DNA of 64,000 nt from Eledone cirrhosa (Eukaryota). Made by a program: the position numbers and the translations under genes. Below are positions 14,626 to 27,874 of this stretch, piece after piece; position 1 is the stretch's first letter, and each line of letters opens with the position of its first letter. The notes under the pieces were generated by a model. That model had not been told where the DNA came from and searched no databases. It saw only the letters and a program-made list of their open reading frames with translations. The stretch spans positions 345,960,001-346,024,000 of the forward strand of contig OZ024743.1 in NCBI GenBank assembly GCA_964016885.1, in the 5' to 3' direction.

Positions 14626-16341
14626 CAGTTGCATTTAACAATAATGAGTGATTATTGTTTGCTTAAAAAAGGGGGAAAAAAGAAATATTTTTATAAAGCA
14701 CATCATGCAAAATACTAAAAAGTAATGAAAGAATGAAATGTATATCAATGATGACGTCATAGAATAAGCAAGGAGTCGAACATTTGCTGAGAGGTCTTCT
14801 AGACTATCAATTAGTCAAACAAACATGTAACATGTCTTCTACAGCAATAACAACTTGCCAGCAAACATACCTAAATAAAAATGGCTACTAAGTGACTAGC
14901 ATAAAATAAATAAATAATAACAAAATAACAAAATCAACAGATTGCCATGAGATAACAATGAAACTGATCATCAATAGATCTACAGAATTAACTGACCATC
15001 ATAGCACCAACAACAGATCAAGAAAAACAACTCACCATATATTGACCGGAGAAAATACGACCAGAATATAAGCAGCGTACGAGTGTTTTATGCGATTTCA
15101 TGTTATCTAACTCCACTAGTGTCAATATTAAAAGTGTTAGGCATACGTTTGCTTAGAGACTTCAGCGATTTTCTTTTCAGATAAATTTAGAAGGGAGGGC
15201 AGTGCTCCTTACATATTTAAGGATCTCTGAGCTCGACGGGTGTTAAGATTTTATCCTCGAGCAGGAGTCATGGTCCGAATGTTTGCATAAGGCACTCACG
15301 AGCAAGTGCTAACGGTCTTAAACCCGCTGATGAATAAATTAATCCACCCAAGTAGGGAACAACAACATTTAAATTAAGAGCTCTAAGGGCCAGAAAAAAT
15401 AACGCAAGACGTCGCACCTGAAGCATAATAATTCTACCAGCCCATCACATTAGGCTCAGAGTACTGGAACAAATACTGCACGTTATAATGACACTTTCAA
15501 TTCGAAGCTTTGTGCTACATGTTACAGATCCCTTCATATTGAATTCAAATTCCACCAAAGCAAAATATATCTTTCATTCTTTCGACAACATTATATAAGT
15601 AAAGTCTCCCCCCTAAATAAACAGCAGGAGGAAATGCTTTGCGTTATATCTGTCGGGTTTAACAATTAGAGTACTAGTGGTGTGAATTTCTAATGAAAAC
15701 TCATTTATTAACACGTTAATATAACGGGCAGGCCATTCCATTGATAGAAACCTGAAACACTGATCTTTGAAGCCAACGTTAAATTCAATTTAACCACTCA
15801 TAAACCATTGCATCTTCAAAATAGTTGCAGAATATATGACGATCTCGGTGTAGATATCGCTAAAATAATCCCAAAAAATGTAGTGCCCTTCCTATTGCAA
15901 TATATATATTTATATATTAACGTCCAGCCACGTGGGGGTGTTTATTTCATATCCCATCACAATATCTCAAACAATATTCATCCTCAATATAAAAGCATGT
16001 TTGATGTTAAGAATTTATGGAAAATTTCTAAAACTTGCCTTGAAAAGTATTTTAAAGACTCTGCTGTGATTCATTCACGAACAGAATCTCCAGTTCAGTA
16101 TTTGTTGGACGTCCATAAACATTTTGTTGTTTAGTACTAAATAAAACCTTTGATCACACATATGATCAGCAGTGTTTCATACGCGAAAATCTTGTAAGTG
16201 TCCATTTTTCAAGAACATATACTGATATTTACAACGCCCCAAAATCACCAAATGCAGGTCTCCCCCTCCCTCTCTCTCTCTCTCCCTCTCTACTAAATAT
16301 ATATATATATATAAAGTAAACTGCGAATTCCCAAATTCCTT

Positions 16342-16385
<44 letters not shown>

Positions 16386-16420
16386 AGTACATGAATCAAA
16401 GTTCTGTTTAAATCATTTAT

Positions 16421-16469
16421 TTGCTTACAATTGTTTCTTCCAAACCGAGGTTTGGTGTCTTCGGAGCAA
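16421..16469 (-). ncRNA. Type I hammerhead ribozyme variant (CCGAAGA core)
   Basis: Minus strand: UUGCU-CCGAAGA-CA-CCAAACC UC GGUUUGG-AA-GAA-ACAAUUGU-A-AGCAA, then AAUAAA. Confidence 0.7.
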
Positions 16470-17327
16470 TTATTCAGTGATTTTTTACATACTTGACCTC
16501 CTTTTCAACACAAGAGACAAGAGACATATAGAAACATATGTATATATTGACCCACAGTGGGTTGACATCCATTATAATAATATAGCATGGCAATTTACAT
16601 ACAAAGATTACAGTCATATTAAAGGACAAAATTAAAGTTAAAATTAAAATTAAAATTAAAATTAAAATAAAACATTGGCAGTTTACGAAGATAAAGCAAG
16701 AGGATAGTTTGGAGTAGCCAGTGTATACAACAGTCACACGTAAGGCATGCACGCGTGTCCTATTTATACACGATTATAGTGCGGCAGATTGTTACATGTA
16801 AAACAAGCAGTCAAAGCAGGCAAACAAGAGCATCATGGGCGCTGTACTGGTTCTAACATGGTTCACCAGGCACCCAATGTTGAATCAGCCTGGATTGTGT
16901 GATGGACATGTAGTCTATAAATTGCGTTTCCTGGATTGTGAGAGTGGTGGTGTGTGCTAGGACAGTGGTGTTGTTTTGCTTCTCATTTGTAATATTTTTG
17001 ATATTGTTGGTGTTTCTCTACACACGGGCTTCTATATCGTACAGGTGTGTGTGAAAAATGGTTTACCAGTACAGCCCCCATGATGCTCTTGATTGCCTCC
17101 AAACTATCCTCTTGCTTTATCTTCGTAAACTGCCAATGTTTTATTTTAATTTTAATTTTAATTTAACTTTAATGTTGTCCTTTAATATGACTGTAATCTT
17201 TGTATGTAAATTGCCATGCTATATTATTATAATAGATGTCAACCCACTGTGGGTTAATATATACATATGTTTCTATATGTCTCTTGTGTTGAAAAGGAGG
17301 TCAAGTATGTAAAAAATCACTGAATAA

Positions 17328-17376
17328 TTGCTCCGAAGACACCAAACCACGGTTTGGAAGAAACAATTGTAAGCAA
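17328..17376 (+). ncRNA. Type I hammerhead ribozyme variant (CCGAAGA core)
   Basis: Stem I UUGCU/AGCAA, stem II CCAAACC/GGUUUGG, palindromic stem III ACAAUUGU, GUA site ending 17371, AATAAA at 17376. Confidence 0.7.
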
Positions 17377-17591
17377 ATAAATGATTTAAACAGAACTTTG
17401 ATTCACGTACTTTCTATATAACTGCTCTGTAAAACAACTGATGTTGTTACATTGAGCTATTTATCTTACTGGTAATAAGATAGTAATAAATTACTGTCTT
17501 TCACTATTTAGGGTTTAAAATATATATAACTATAAAAGGTTTTAGTATATACATAACCATAAATAGTATCCTTAATACTATATAAATATAT

Positions 17592-17998
17592 ATATGTATT
17601 AGAATTTCGTATTTATAAAGAAATACGGTATGTTTACAGGTAAACATTTAGAAAGTCGTAGTTATGCCCAACACCGGGCCTAACACCCTGTGATGGTGTC
17701 CAGCAGTTGCAAAGGGGACAATCGTCGATACATTTCGAACTTAACTGGTGTTCAACAGGACGATCCCTCCCACAGTAGCAACTGCTGGAATTGAAAACAG
17801 GCGAGAATATATGGTTTTCTCGTCTGTGTACTTGATGAGAACCTGTTAAGTTCGAATTGCTCCGACGATTGTCCCCCTTGCTTCCGCTGGACACCATCAG
17901 AGGGCGTTAGCCCCGGTGTTTTGCATAGCTACGGCTTTCTGAACGTTTACCTGTAAACATTTCGTATTTCTTTAGAAATACGAAATTCTAATACATAT
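17592..17998. mobile_element. MITE / fold-back element with about 160-bp imperfect TIRs
   Basis: ATATGTATTAGAATTTCGTATTT... pairs with ...AAATACGAAATTCTAATACATAT. TA context at both ends, no ORF. Confidence 0.75.
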
Positions 17999-18049
17999 CT
18001 GTATACAGATATGCATGAAGCTAACTCGTAATTCTCTCTCTCAGTCTCT

Positions 18050-18145
<96 letters not shown>

Positions 18146-18326
18146 TATAAAGTAAAGCATATCCATAGAATCATTGAGCCACATCGTGAATGGTTGCCAA
18201 AACACATATATATCTGTAACTTTGTTTAATTGGTGTATATGTAAATATTTATATATATATATATATATATAAAATAAAATAATTAAGTGAAATATTTAAA
18301 AATTTGGCTTCGTTTATTAAAGGTGT

Positions 18327-18381
18327 ACTGCTATATATATTTCGGTGACAGCCAACCTTGGCTGTGACCTCTTCAGGCAGT
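18327..18381 (-). ncRNA. Minimal type I hammerhead ribozyme
   Basis: Minus strand: ACUGC-CUGAAGA-GGUCACAGCC AAGGUU GGCUGUCACC-GAA-AUAUAUAU-A-GCAGU, with AAUAAA about 8 nt downstream. Core is fully canonical. Confidence 0.88.
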
Positions 18382-18601
18382 CCGAATTGGTGTGGTAGAG
18401 ACAGGTACACATGTTGTTGAGGTGTTTAACTCCGTCAATACTCCGTTATGCCCAGTTCCTGGGTGGGTTGTTATTTCTCTGAGGAACTGGAATCATACTG
18501 AGGTGTCGATAAACAACCAACATTTACTCAAAATTTATATATATATATATATATATATGTATTCATACATATATATATATAAATAAACAAACACACACAC
18601 A

Positions 18602-18694
<93 letters not shown>

Positions 18695-18808
18695 TATATG
18701 TAAATATAGATACGTAAATTATAATATATTTAACAGTTACTGATGCCTTTCCGGGATTTCAAAAATGTTACCGCTTCTATTCTTTGTGTAGCTGTCCTGT
18801 AAAATATG

Positions 18809-18860
<52 letters not shown>

Positions 18861-18866
18861 TATATA

Positions 18867-18980
18867 TAGGATCCAGTAAGACCCCGACAGCTGAGCTCAA
18901 GCCGTTTCGACGGCTAATTCTAATTAGAATTAGCCGTCGAAACGCCTTGAGCTCAGCTGTCGGGGTCTTACTGGTTCCTA
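18867..18980. repeat. 114-bp spacerless palindrome (2 mismatches)
   Basis: 57-bp arms centred at 18923/18924. Confidence 0.95.
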
Positions 18981-19058
18981 TTACCCACTCTACTACCTCA
19001 AGTATTGAATACTTTGGTGCGTTATGGTCCACCTGGTTCCTTACCACATTTCCTTCGT

Positions 19059-19122
<64 letters not shown>

Positions 19123-19167
19123 TATATTAAAATATAAGTATTAATAAAATAGATGTTCTTTTGATCA

Positions 19168-19230
19168 ATTACATTTTATTATACATATTTCGGATGTACA
19201 ACAGTACGTCCTCATCAGACAAAATATAAT
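19168..19230 (-). ncRNA. Minimal type I hammerhead ribozyme
   Basis: 12-bp stem I AUUAUAUUUUGU/AUAAAAUGUAAU, CUGAUGA, stem II GGACGUAC/GUACAUCC, GAA-AUAUGUAU-A. Confidence 0.88.
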
Positions 19231-21113
19231 GATATATGACATACCCTGAGATGTTAAATGGTTAAGATTTAATCAAGGTAGTGATTACCCGATAGAAAAT
19301 TTTACTTATATACTATCTGTGTGAGAATGCAAAAACGTAATGAATTCATTAGAGAGTGTGTGAGTAAGAAAAAACGTTGCATACTTAAAGTGTTCTAAAA
19401 TTTTAAATTCTATGATACTACAATATATCTAGGGAAACTTCTCATGAATCATAATAGCCAGTGATAGCCACTGGAAAAAAAATTATAAGTAAGGAAAGAT
19501 AAAATGTGGGAGGGTTTTTTCGAAAGTTAAACGGTTAGAATTTGAAAATAATTTATTTATAATATGAATGAGAAGACTCCAGATTTCAGGATTATTTGCT
19601 ATTTATTTATATATTATTTATATAAATTCGATAAGTGTGTTATCATTTCTAAACTTCGGAATTGTGAGAATAACATTTTAAAGGATTTAACTGGCACGCA
19701 AATAATGAAATATTATACTGTTGATGAAATAGCTAAAGCTAAACTTTAACAAATATCTCAACATATTAGGTATGTAAAGCTTTTGAAGTACTTATTGTTA
19801 TAAATATTTGAATAACTATTATGTATATAGGTATATATTAATGAGTCAGTAGGAATAAGGTAAATAATACCGACGAAGATAAAAATAAAATAAAATAATA
19901 TGTTACGGATAAAATTTATACATATGTATTATCGGGTGTAAATGTACTAATTATTTTTCAACCAAGATATCAACATAGTATTAGATATAGATATATATTA
20001 GGTAATATTAATGTAGTATACTTTAGGTAAATGATAACAGTTATATTCTTAACAACGTGTCACATTTAAATATATATATACATATAAGAAAAACGAACAA
20101 TGAGTGCATGTATAAAGTTCAAAATAATGTCTATAATAATTTTTTAGTTTTGATATTTTGTGTATATTTGAATCATGTATATAGAAGTATGGTAGGTATA
20201 ATTTAAAAATATTTGAAAATATATAAAATACAATATATAACTACATATATCTTATAAAACATTATATTATAAATAAATAAATAAGAGATCGAAAGTACAG
20301 CGAAAAATTCACATTTATATATAAGTTTGAATCCGTCTCAAATTTAGATTTTATAGTGCAGTAAGTATATTTAAAAGAAATATATGCTATATTATTCTAT
20401 AAATAATAGATCAAAAACTCATTAAACATTTGGAGTTATAGATAAGTTTCGTGAACATTTTTGGATTGGGTATTAAAAGTAAAATTTAAAAGAGATTACA
20501 AATGTATTAAAAATTCACAGTTAAATAAATTCAATAGATATGTAAAGATTAGGTATGTTCTAAATTATAGATAAATGATGGTGTTGATCAAAGTTAACAA
20601 ATAAAGTTGTGTGTATCAATGTTTAGGCATGCTAATTGAAATATTGTCATTCATTCTAACGTTGTTTTTTCTATACATATTTATAAAATAAAGCAATATT
20701 AAAGGCCAGTGATGTGTTTTACTGTTGATTATATATTCCTGGTAACCGAGTTGTTATTGGTTCTTTCTTTCTCGTTTTATATGAGTATTCCAGATTCTTC
20801 TCTTTTAAAGACCATATGAGCTGTGATAAAGACGTGGATGATTTCTTCTTAGAGTTCTTGGTTTTTTTTCCAGTGGCTATCACTGGCTGTTATATTTCAT
20901 GAGAAGTTTCCCTAGATATATTGTAATATCATAGAATTTAAAATTTTTGAACACTTTAAGTATGCAACGTTTTTTCTCACTCACACACTCTCGAATGAAT
21001 TCATTACGTTTTCGCACTCTCAAACATATATTATATAAGTAAAATTTTCTATCGGGTAATCACTACCTTCATTAAATCTTAACCATTTAACATCTCAGGG
21101 TATGTCATATATC

Positions 21114-21176
21114 ATTATATGTTGTCTGATGAGGACGTACTGTTGTACATCCGAAATATGTATAATAAAATGTAAT
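21114..21176 (+). ncRNA. Minimal type I hammerhead ribozyme (mirror of 19168-19230)
   Basis: CTGATGA at 21126, GAAA at 21153, AUA site ending 21164, one mismatch in stem I. Confidence 0.85.
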
Positions 21177-21315
21177 TGATCAAAAGAACATCTATTTTAT
21201 TAATACTTATATTTTAATATTAATAACTCCTGAAAATAATTTTTTTTCACGTTGAGTTCTTCCAATCTACTCTAAAACTCATTCTTTGACATCGAATATT
21301 GTTTATAATTTAATA

Positions 21316-21398
<83 letters not shown>

Positions 21399-23169
21399 TG
21401 GTAGTATCACTTTTGACTCTGAGATGTCGAGATAAAACGAAAACTTATCTATACGTTTTAAAAAAGACGAGGTAGGAGAAAATAAATAAATAAAATCGAG
21501 TATTTAGTCGTTTGACATTGTGACTGCCAGGTAAATTTGTGCGTGATGACTAAAGGGGCCTCCAGGTTACAGAACTCTCTGTCTGTATTTATTCGTCTCT
21601 CTTTCCCTTTCTCTCCATCTTTCACTATCTTTCCCTTTCTCTTTCTTTCTCTATATCTCACACTGTCTATTTCTCTACATCTCTCGCTTTCTGTGACAAT
21701 CTTAATTTTTTATTCTACCTACTTTATATATTTCATTTTCTATTCGAATTATTTTAGTTTGTTTTCTTGCAATCCCCCCTCCTTCTCTACGACTTTACCA
21801 CTTTCACTTTCTTGTCTCTGTTGCTCACACTTACTGTTTCTATCTCGCACTCTGGTTTCCTCCCTCTATCTTTCAAAGCATCCATTTTGTCATCTCTCTG
21901 TTATGTCATTACTTTCTCTTTTGATCACTCAAAAATTCTAGATTTCTCTCACATACAAATTCAAAATTCCCTTCCCTCGCTTTCTCTCACTTACACTGTG
22001 TTTACCAAACCCCATTTCTCTTTCTTTCTATATCTATTTATCTCTCTCTTCCTTTCCTTCTGTCTTTTTATATATGTTTTCTGGCTCTCCTTTTATTCTG
22101 TCCGACTTTCTCCCTCCCTCTCTTTCAGATAATTTCATTTCTTTCTTGTGTCACCTCTCTATAACATTCTAAATTTCTCCTTCATCCCTTCTTTTCTTCA
22201 CGCATTATTAAAACTTTCATTTTACTTTATTCCATCACCTGGAAGATTCTTTTTATATATCCCCATTCATACCTCCAACTATCACATTCTCTCTTATATA
22301 CTCCTATAACACTTCGTTTATACTTCCAATAGATCTCCTTCAATCATAGATCTATCGCATTCGCTTCACTCAAATTTTCCCCTTCCTTTTTAGTCATATA
22401 TGTACACATCTTCTTCACTAACAGTTACACTCTAGTTACCTACTTAGACTACTTCACACAACCACTCACAACATTTTGTTCACATAGACATGCACAGCCT
22501 TTTTTCACTGAACCGATCACCAGTCTAATTTAGATTTTCTTCCCCAAATCTTCCACCTGTCTGCTTCAATCTTTCTACTTCTACATCTCTCATTCACACA
22601 AACTTCTACGCAGACTCCTTCAACATGACAGCAACCCTTTATTGTTTAATAACATAACCGTTTAATAACATAAAGAGTATACTCCTTCGTTATCATTATT
22701 CCCTGTATCCAATTGCACACTATCATATATATTTTTCATTTGTAGAACAAAATCCGAAATTTTACCTAATTTCTGATGCTAGAATTCTCTCTTATTTTAT
22801 ATTCTATGTCACCTGATTTGAGGTATGACATGAACGAAACGTTAAGATGTTAGCTTGGAAATAATGAGATGCACTATTACGGATTCGGTAAGTTCGGTGT
22901 TCCCCTAAGCAATATGATTCAATTTCGGTGGACAGAAAATGTATGGAACTGTTTCTGTGGGACTATGCATTGAAAAAAGCCAGCTTTTCCATACACTGTG
23001 TGAAGTCAGTTTTGCTTGAGGATTTATTATGAAAAGGAGGGGACAGGTGTACAACATTTTTCAACTCCCCGTGATTTGTAGGAGAAAAGAGAAATTTATT
23101 ATCAGAATAGAAACAGAATGAATTCTGATAAAATGTCTAATGAATCTGGTTATAGTATTAAACATGGCA

Positions 23170-23970
23170 GAGTAACAAGTAGAATTGTCCAGGGAGTCGA
23201 CCTTATATGCTTTTTAAGATAGTGTAATCCAACCATTGCAATGGTTATAGCACCGAGTTCTCGCCTTCTCACCCTGAGCATGCTAAAGACGCTTTCTACA
23301 ACGATCTGCAAGTTACGCTAGACCGAACACCCTCGAGGGACCTTGTTATTGTTGTGGGTGACTGGAATCCATGACATGGGTGCCAGGATGCAACGAATGA
23401 ACATGTTCATTGTCCGGTTGGTATTTGAGATCGCTGCAGCAATGGTAATCGTTTCGTAAACTTTGCAGTAAACAACAAATGAATGTGTCCAGCACCTATT
23501 TCCATCACTCGAAAAGCGATCTTCTCTCTGAATTCAATTAAATGACAACTAACCAGATCGAGCACATTTTTCTCAAGAAAATCCGTCCTGAAACTGAAAA
23601 ACAATATGGCCAACGGAGATATCTTTAAACAGTGTTGTGACGTTTTGGTTCCCTTGCTCCATCGAATAATCACTCGTATCTGGAATACCACATATCTTCC
23701 CTATGACTAGAATGATGCCGCTCTCTTACGTTTTTTCAAGAAGGGGGATCGACGATGCTGCAGGGACTACCGAAGTATAAGACTTATTGACGTCGCTGCA
23801 AAGTTCTTTGCTTCTATCTTGCTGAGAATATTTTAAAACGAGCGCGACCACCGAACAAGGCCAAACCAGTGTGGATTCCGTCATGATTCTGGCTGCACAA
23901 ACCAAAGATAAACGCTGAGAAGAACACTTGAGCATCGGGTGTTTTACTGTCAGCGCACAATTGTGTGAAT
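23170..23970 (+). mobile_element. Decayed, internally deleted RTE-like LINE
   Basis: APE motifs VIVVGDWN and NGNRFVNFA, then RT N-terminal EIFKQCCDVLVPLLHRIITRIW, FKKGDRRCCRDYRSI and PNQCGFR in broken frames. Confidence 0.75.
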
Positions 23971-24608
23971 CGTCCTTTTATGTGTGGAAGGGGAGTATGT
24001 GTTTGTTTGCAGGTGTATGTGTGTATAAGTACATTCTTGTATAAGTCTATTTTCTTTTTATTTATATATTTATATGTGGAACGCTATATCTGTTAGACAC
24101 GTAGTGACTAACAACAGAATGTTTTAAGTCTGCGTATCTGACTGACATGACATACAAGCGTAGCTTGTGAATAAAAATTTCAAGGGGTATCGCTGGCCAT
24201 AGTAATGCCTCCCAAACATCTTTTGTAATGTATCGTCTTATTGGCTAATTTCATCGTCTTATTGGCTAATCAACCAACGAGTTTAATTGTTGCTCAAAAG
24301 CATCCGCCACTTTGTTTCCACGTTTAATTATCGTTTCGCTTTCGAATCTTCCTCCAGTATTTCGTCGTTTTATCATCAACCTATTTTTCTCGTTTTGGTA
24401 AGTTATATTGTTAATTTATATATGATTTTTTAAATTTATATTAACTATTAAAAGTCTGAAAATATTTTCATACATCTTACAATAATATTTATAAGATCAT
24501 TTATAAAATAACAATTATATAATCTAATTACATTACAACGATAATTTATTATTAATATATATCATGTTTAACTAGAGTTATTACAAACGTTGCCTTAAAC
24601 AAATATTA

Positions 24609-25023
24609 AACTAGACCTGAAAAATGCGCAAGCTCAAAAGAGTAACAGAATGTTATAATAAACCTTCAAAAGTGTGGGACTAGAGTTGTTGCTCAAAAAT
24701 ATTGTAATCAATAAAAAAGAGACTCATAACGAACTCAAGACGACACGATAATTATTTAAGTGAATTTATAATATAGAATTCGGTTTAAGTGCATTTCGTA
24801 TTAATAATTACTAAACATCTAATATGAGATATTGAACATTAGCTTAAATAATTATCGTGTCGTCTTGAGTTCGTTATGAGTCTCTTTTTTATAAAAGGAT
24901 GCCACAGAGTGTACGATAAATAATGATTACAATAATTTTTAGCAACAACTCTAGTCCCACACTTTTGAAGGTTTATTATAACATTCTGTGGCTGTTTTGA
25001 GCTTGTGCATTTTCAGATCTAGT
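24609..25023. repeat. Inverted repeat (arms about 150-180 bp, about 80-bp spacer)
   Basis: 24609-24760 pairs with 24843-25023. The right arm has a 30-bp block absent from the left. Confidence 0.9.
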
Positions 25024-25367
25024 CTAGTTATGCCTACATGTAATATATTTATTTCACGAGTGCATACCTATGAGTGCTGAGATTCTTTTACCGTCAGGTT
25101 TCTTGCATATATATACGTTTAAATAGCCTTGAAATCAGTAACACGCACAAATTACATATAGACATGTATCAGCATGTATCATCTATAAACACATGCCCCC
25201 CCCTACACACACACAAGCACACAGGCGGGGGAGCAATGTGTCAGCATGCTAGTACGTCCGTCTCTAGGTCAAAAACATAGCACACACTTTTTCCTCTCTG
25301 TTTTTTCTTTGCTTGTTTTCCTTAAATTTCACCATCATTCTGTTTGTATACATCTATTACGCAATTT

Positions 25368-25438
25368 ATACCTGATGAGGTCACCGTATTCTTACGCAAC
25401 CTGGCCACTGAAATGTGCATAGTGTCTGCAGGAATAAA
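25368..25438 (+). ncRNA. Type I hammerhead ribozyme in pLTR-like sequence
   Basis: AUAC-CUGAUGA-GGUCA...UGGCCACU-GAA-AUGUGCAU-A-GUGU, AATAAA at 25433. Downstream sequence is homologous to 39920-40085. Confidence 0.65.
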
Positions 25439-25642
25439 AAAATATTAAGGAAATTCAACATATTTGACCTCCTGTCATTTGACTTTATAATACATGTACA
25501 CTCCGTTCCCGTACCAACAACTTGATTCAACATTGAGAATGAATGAGTTGCATAATGTCGAGTGCTTTTGTCATATTACACAATATATCACATTACAGAA
25601 TGACCAATTCTCCCCATTGGTAAACCCCCAAATTTAAACGTG

Positions 25643-25722
<80 letters not shown>

Positions 25723-26257
25723 CGTTGTGAATATGGATGGATGCATTGCTTATGTGTGTAGTTCAGTGTGAAAGCAAAATTGTGATATTCTACGTGCTTG
25801 AGGAATTAAAGTATGTTATATGGCTTTGCAGAATTCTGTGGTATTCTATGTGGGCATGTTCTTCAGCAAATATGTTAAGGATGTGTGTAAGTGTGAGTGT
25901 GGTTTACTGCTTTATACGTATGTATATTGTGCGGATTGTGTAAGAACGTTGTTCCCCTACGTTTCTCATACAATACAATTTTACCGTGAAATATCTATAT
26001 TATTGTTGTAACAGTGTCAATCTGAATTGATAATTCCCGCCTCCCTCTCCTCTCTTTCTCTTACGCTTTAAACGACTTCAATTTAACTGTTATTTATAAC
26101 TGTACGCATTACGCTGGCCTCTTAAAGAACCAAACATATCTTCAAGAGGCCACAAAGTGAAAGTAAGACGAATAAATTATCCCTGGAGAAAGGAAAGTTA
26201 GAAAAAAAAACCTCTGAAAACATGGAGCCATGTATACAATACGTCGCGTTTAGCCAT

Positions 26258-26306
<49 letters not shown>

Positions 26307-26596
26307 TTATATACATATCTTCGTCGTCGTCGTCTCTCCCTCATTCTACGTGTATATTTTTCCTTCCTTTCAATGTTCTCATCCATGACGCTGGACATTG
26401 TTGATTTTTGCAAAGTTAAATTGTCACACATCAGAGCTGTTGTTATTCGTCCGAACAAGGACTGCAAGGCTGCTGACACACACCTCACATTTATGCTCAT
26501 AATTGATTGACGTTTCAAAACTCAATAGTAACATGGATACATGGTTCGATACGCAATACGATCTGAGATTGTAGTTTCAGATATTTGTTTTTTCGA

Positions 26597-26709
<113 letters not shown>

Positions 26710-26826
26710 CTGAATTTTTCGAATATTAATAATATTCGATTCGTTTGCGATTATGCAAATAGCCTCTTTCAGCCATATCAGTAAAATGATCCATCAATCT
26801 TGCACTTGTGTTGGCATATAAACAGA

Positions 26827-26873
26827 ACAGCACACACTAAAGTTTCTGGGTAATTACCCTTCATCAGTACCGT
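26827..26873 (-). ncRNA. Hammerhead-like motif, atypical
   Basis: Minus strand: CUGAUGA-A-GGGUAAUUACCC-A-GAA-ACUUUAGU. The cleavage position is G and the stem I register is shifted. Confidence 0.4.
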
Positions 26874-26939
26874 ATACGGCTACCTGCCAACTGTAAGAGG
26901 TGCTGAAAATATATGATTTTTTTTAAATATACAGTGATG

Positions 26940-27040
26940 GATCGGCCTGATTGGCATATTAGCAGATTGCCTGATTGATCAGTCAGATCTGCATATTAGC
27001 AGACTATGGATCAGCCAGATTTGCATATCAGCAGATAGAC
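26940..27040. repeat. About 30-bp degenerate tandem repeat x3 (GCATATTAGCAGA core)
   Basis: Three visible units. Confidence 0.7.
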
Positions 27041-27741
27041 CATTCAGTTTCATGTATACGATTGATTAATGTCTTTGCCATACTCAGATAACTAACAAAT
27101 AGTTGTATCGATTTACAAGGCTCAAATGCAGTAACATATATGGAATCTGTCTGTGTGTATTCGACGTGTACTCAGCTATTAGAAAGCAGATATGGAATAT
27201 ATATATTTAATTGACAAATTACCAGACAGTTAATGGCAACGTTCATTTTGTTGGGCACAATTTTGTTTGGTACAGTTTATATGCTTCGAATGCGTGTTTC
27301 CATATCCATATTGGAAAACCTGGCTTCTTTCTCTTACAACACAACAGAAGAAAAAAATAAGTGACAGATACACACAGACATAAAATAGGTACACACATAT
27401 TAAACACACAAACATTTAGGGCTTATAATGAGTGTGGAGGGTATGGAGAAAGAGTATGAAAAATATACATATATACGCAGGCCAATCAAACATATACTTG
27501 CATTAAACAACGGAAATTTTGCGTACATTTTAAATTTACTTTAAGTTGACGAATCAAATTTGGAAATGTATTGATAATTCCATGAAATACTTTGACAACG
27601 CCAATTACCTTTGCTATTATCTATCTGTCGATACCTCTTTCTTTCTCTATCGGTATCTCTTGTTCTCTGCGCCTCTCTCTCTGTCTTTTTCTATCGGTAT
27701 CTCTGTGTCTCTCCGTCTCTCTCTCTCTTTCTATCTCTGTC

Positions 27742-27783
<42 letters not shown>

Positions 27784-27840
27784 TCCACATCTCTCGCTTA
27801 CAAACACACTCTCACTATGTATATATATATATATATATAA

Positions 27841-27874
<34 letters not shown>

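Larger units (their letters stand above)
16381..17420. repeat. Inverted repeat (arms about 330 bp) of a PLE pLTR-like sequence with an HHR in each arm
   Basis: 16381-16713 is the reverse complement of about 17098-17420. The right arm lacks about 16714-16819 of the left arm. Confidence 0.9.
19123..21220. mobile_element. Naiad-type PLE remnant bounded by inverted pLTRs (about 360-bp arms), each with an HHR
   Basis: 19123-19482 is the reverse complement of 20862-21220. The spacer minus strand encodes STSLSQLIWSLKEKNLEYS (PLE GIY-YIG C-terminal part) near 20780-20840. Confidence 0.85.

Noticed and set aside
17858-17905. SECIS-like hairpin (TGA...AA...GA) in the MITE arm
   Set aside because: The GA quartet register and helix II length do not fit. 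It is an ordinary hairpin.
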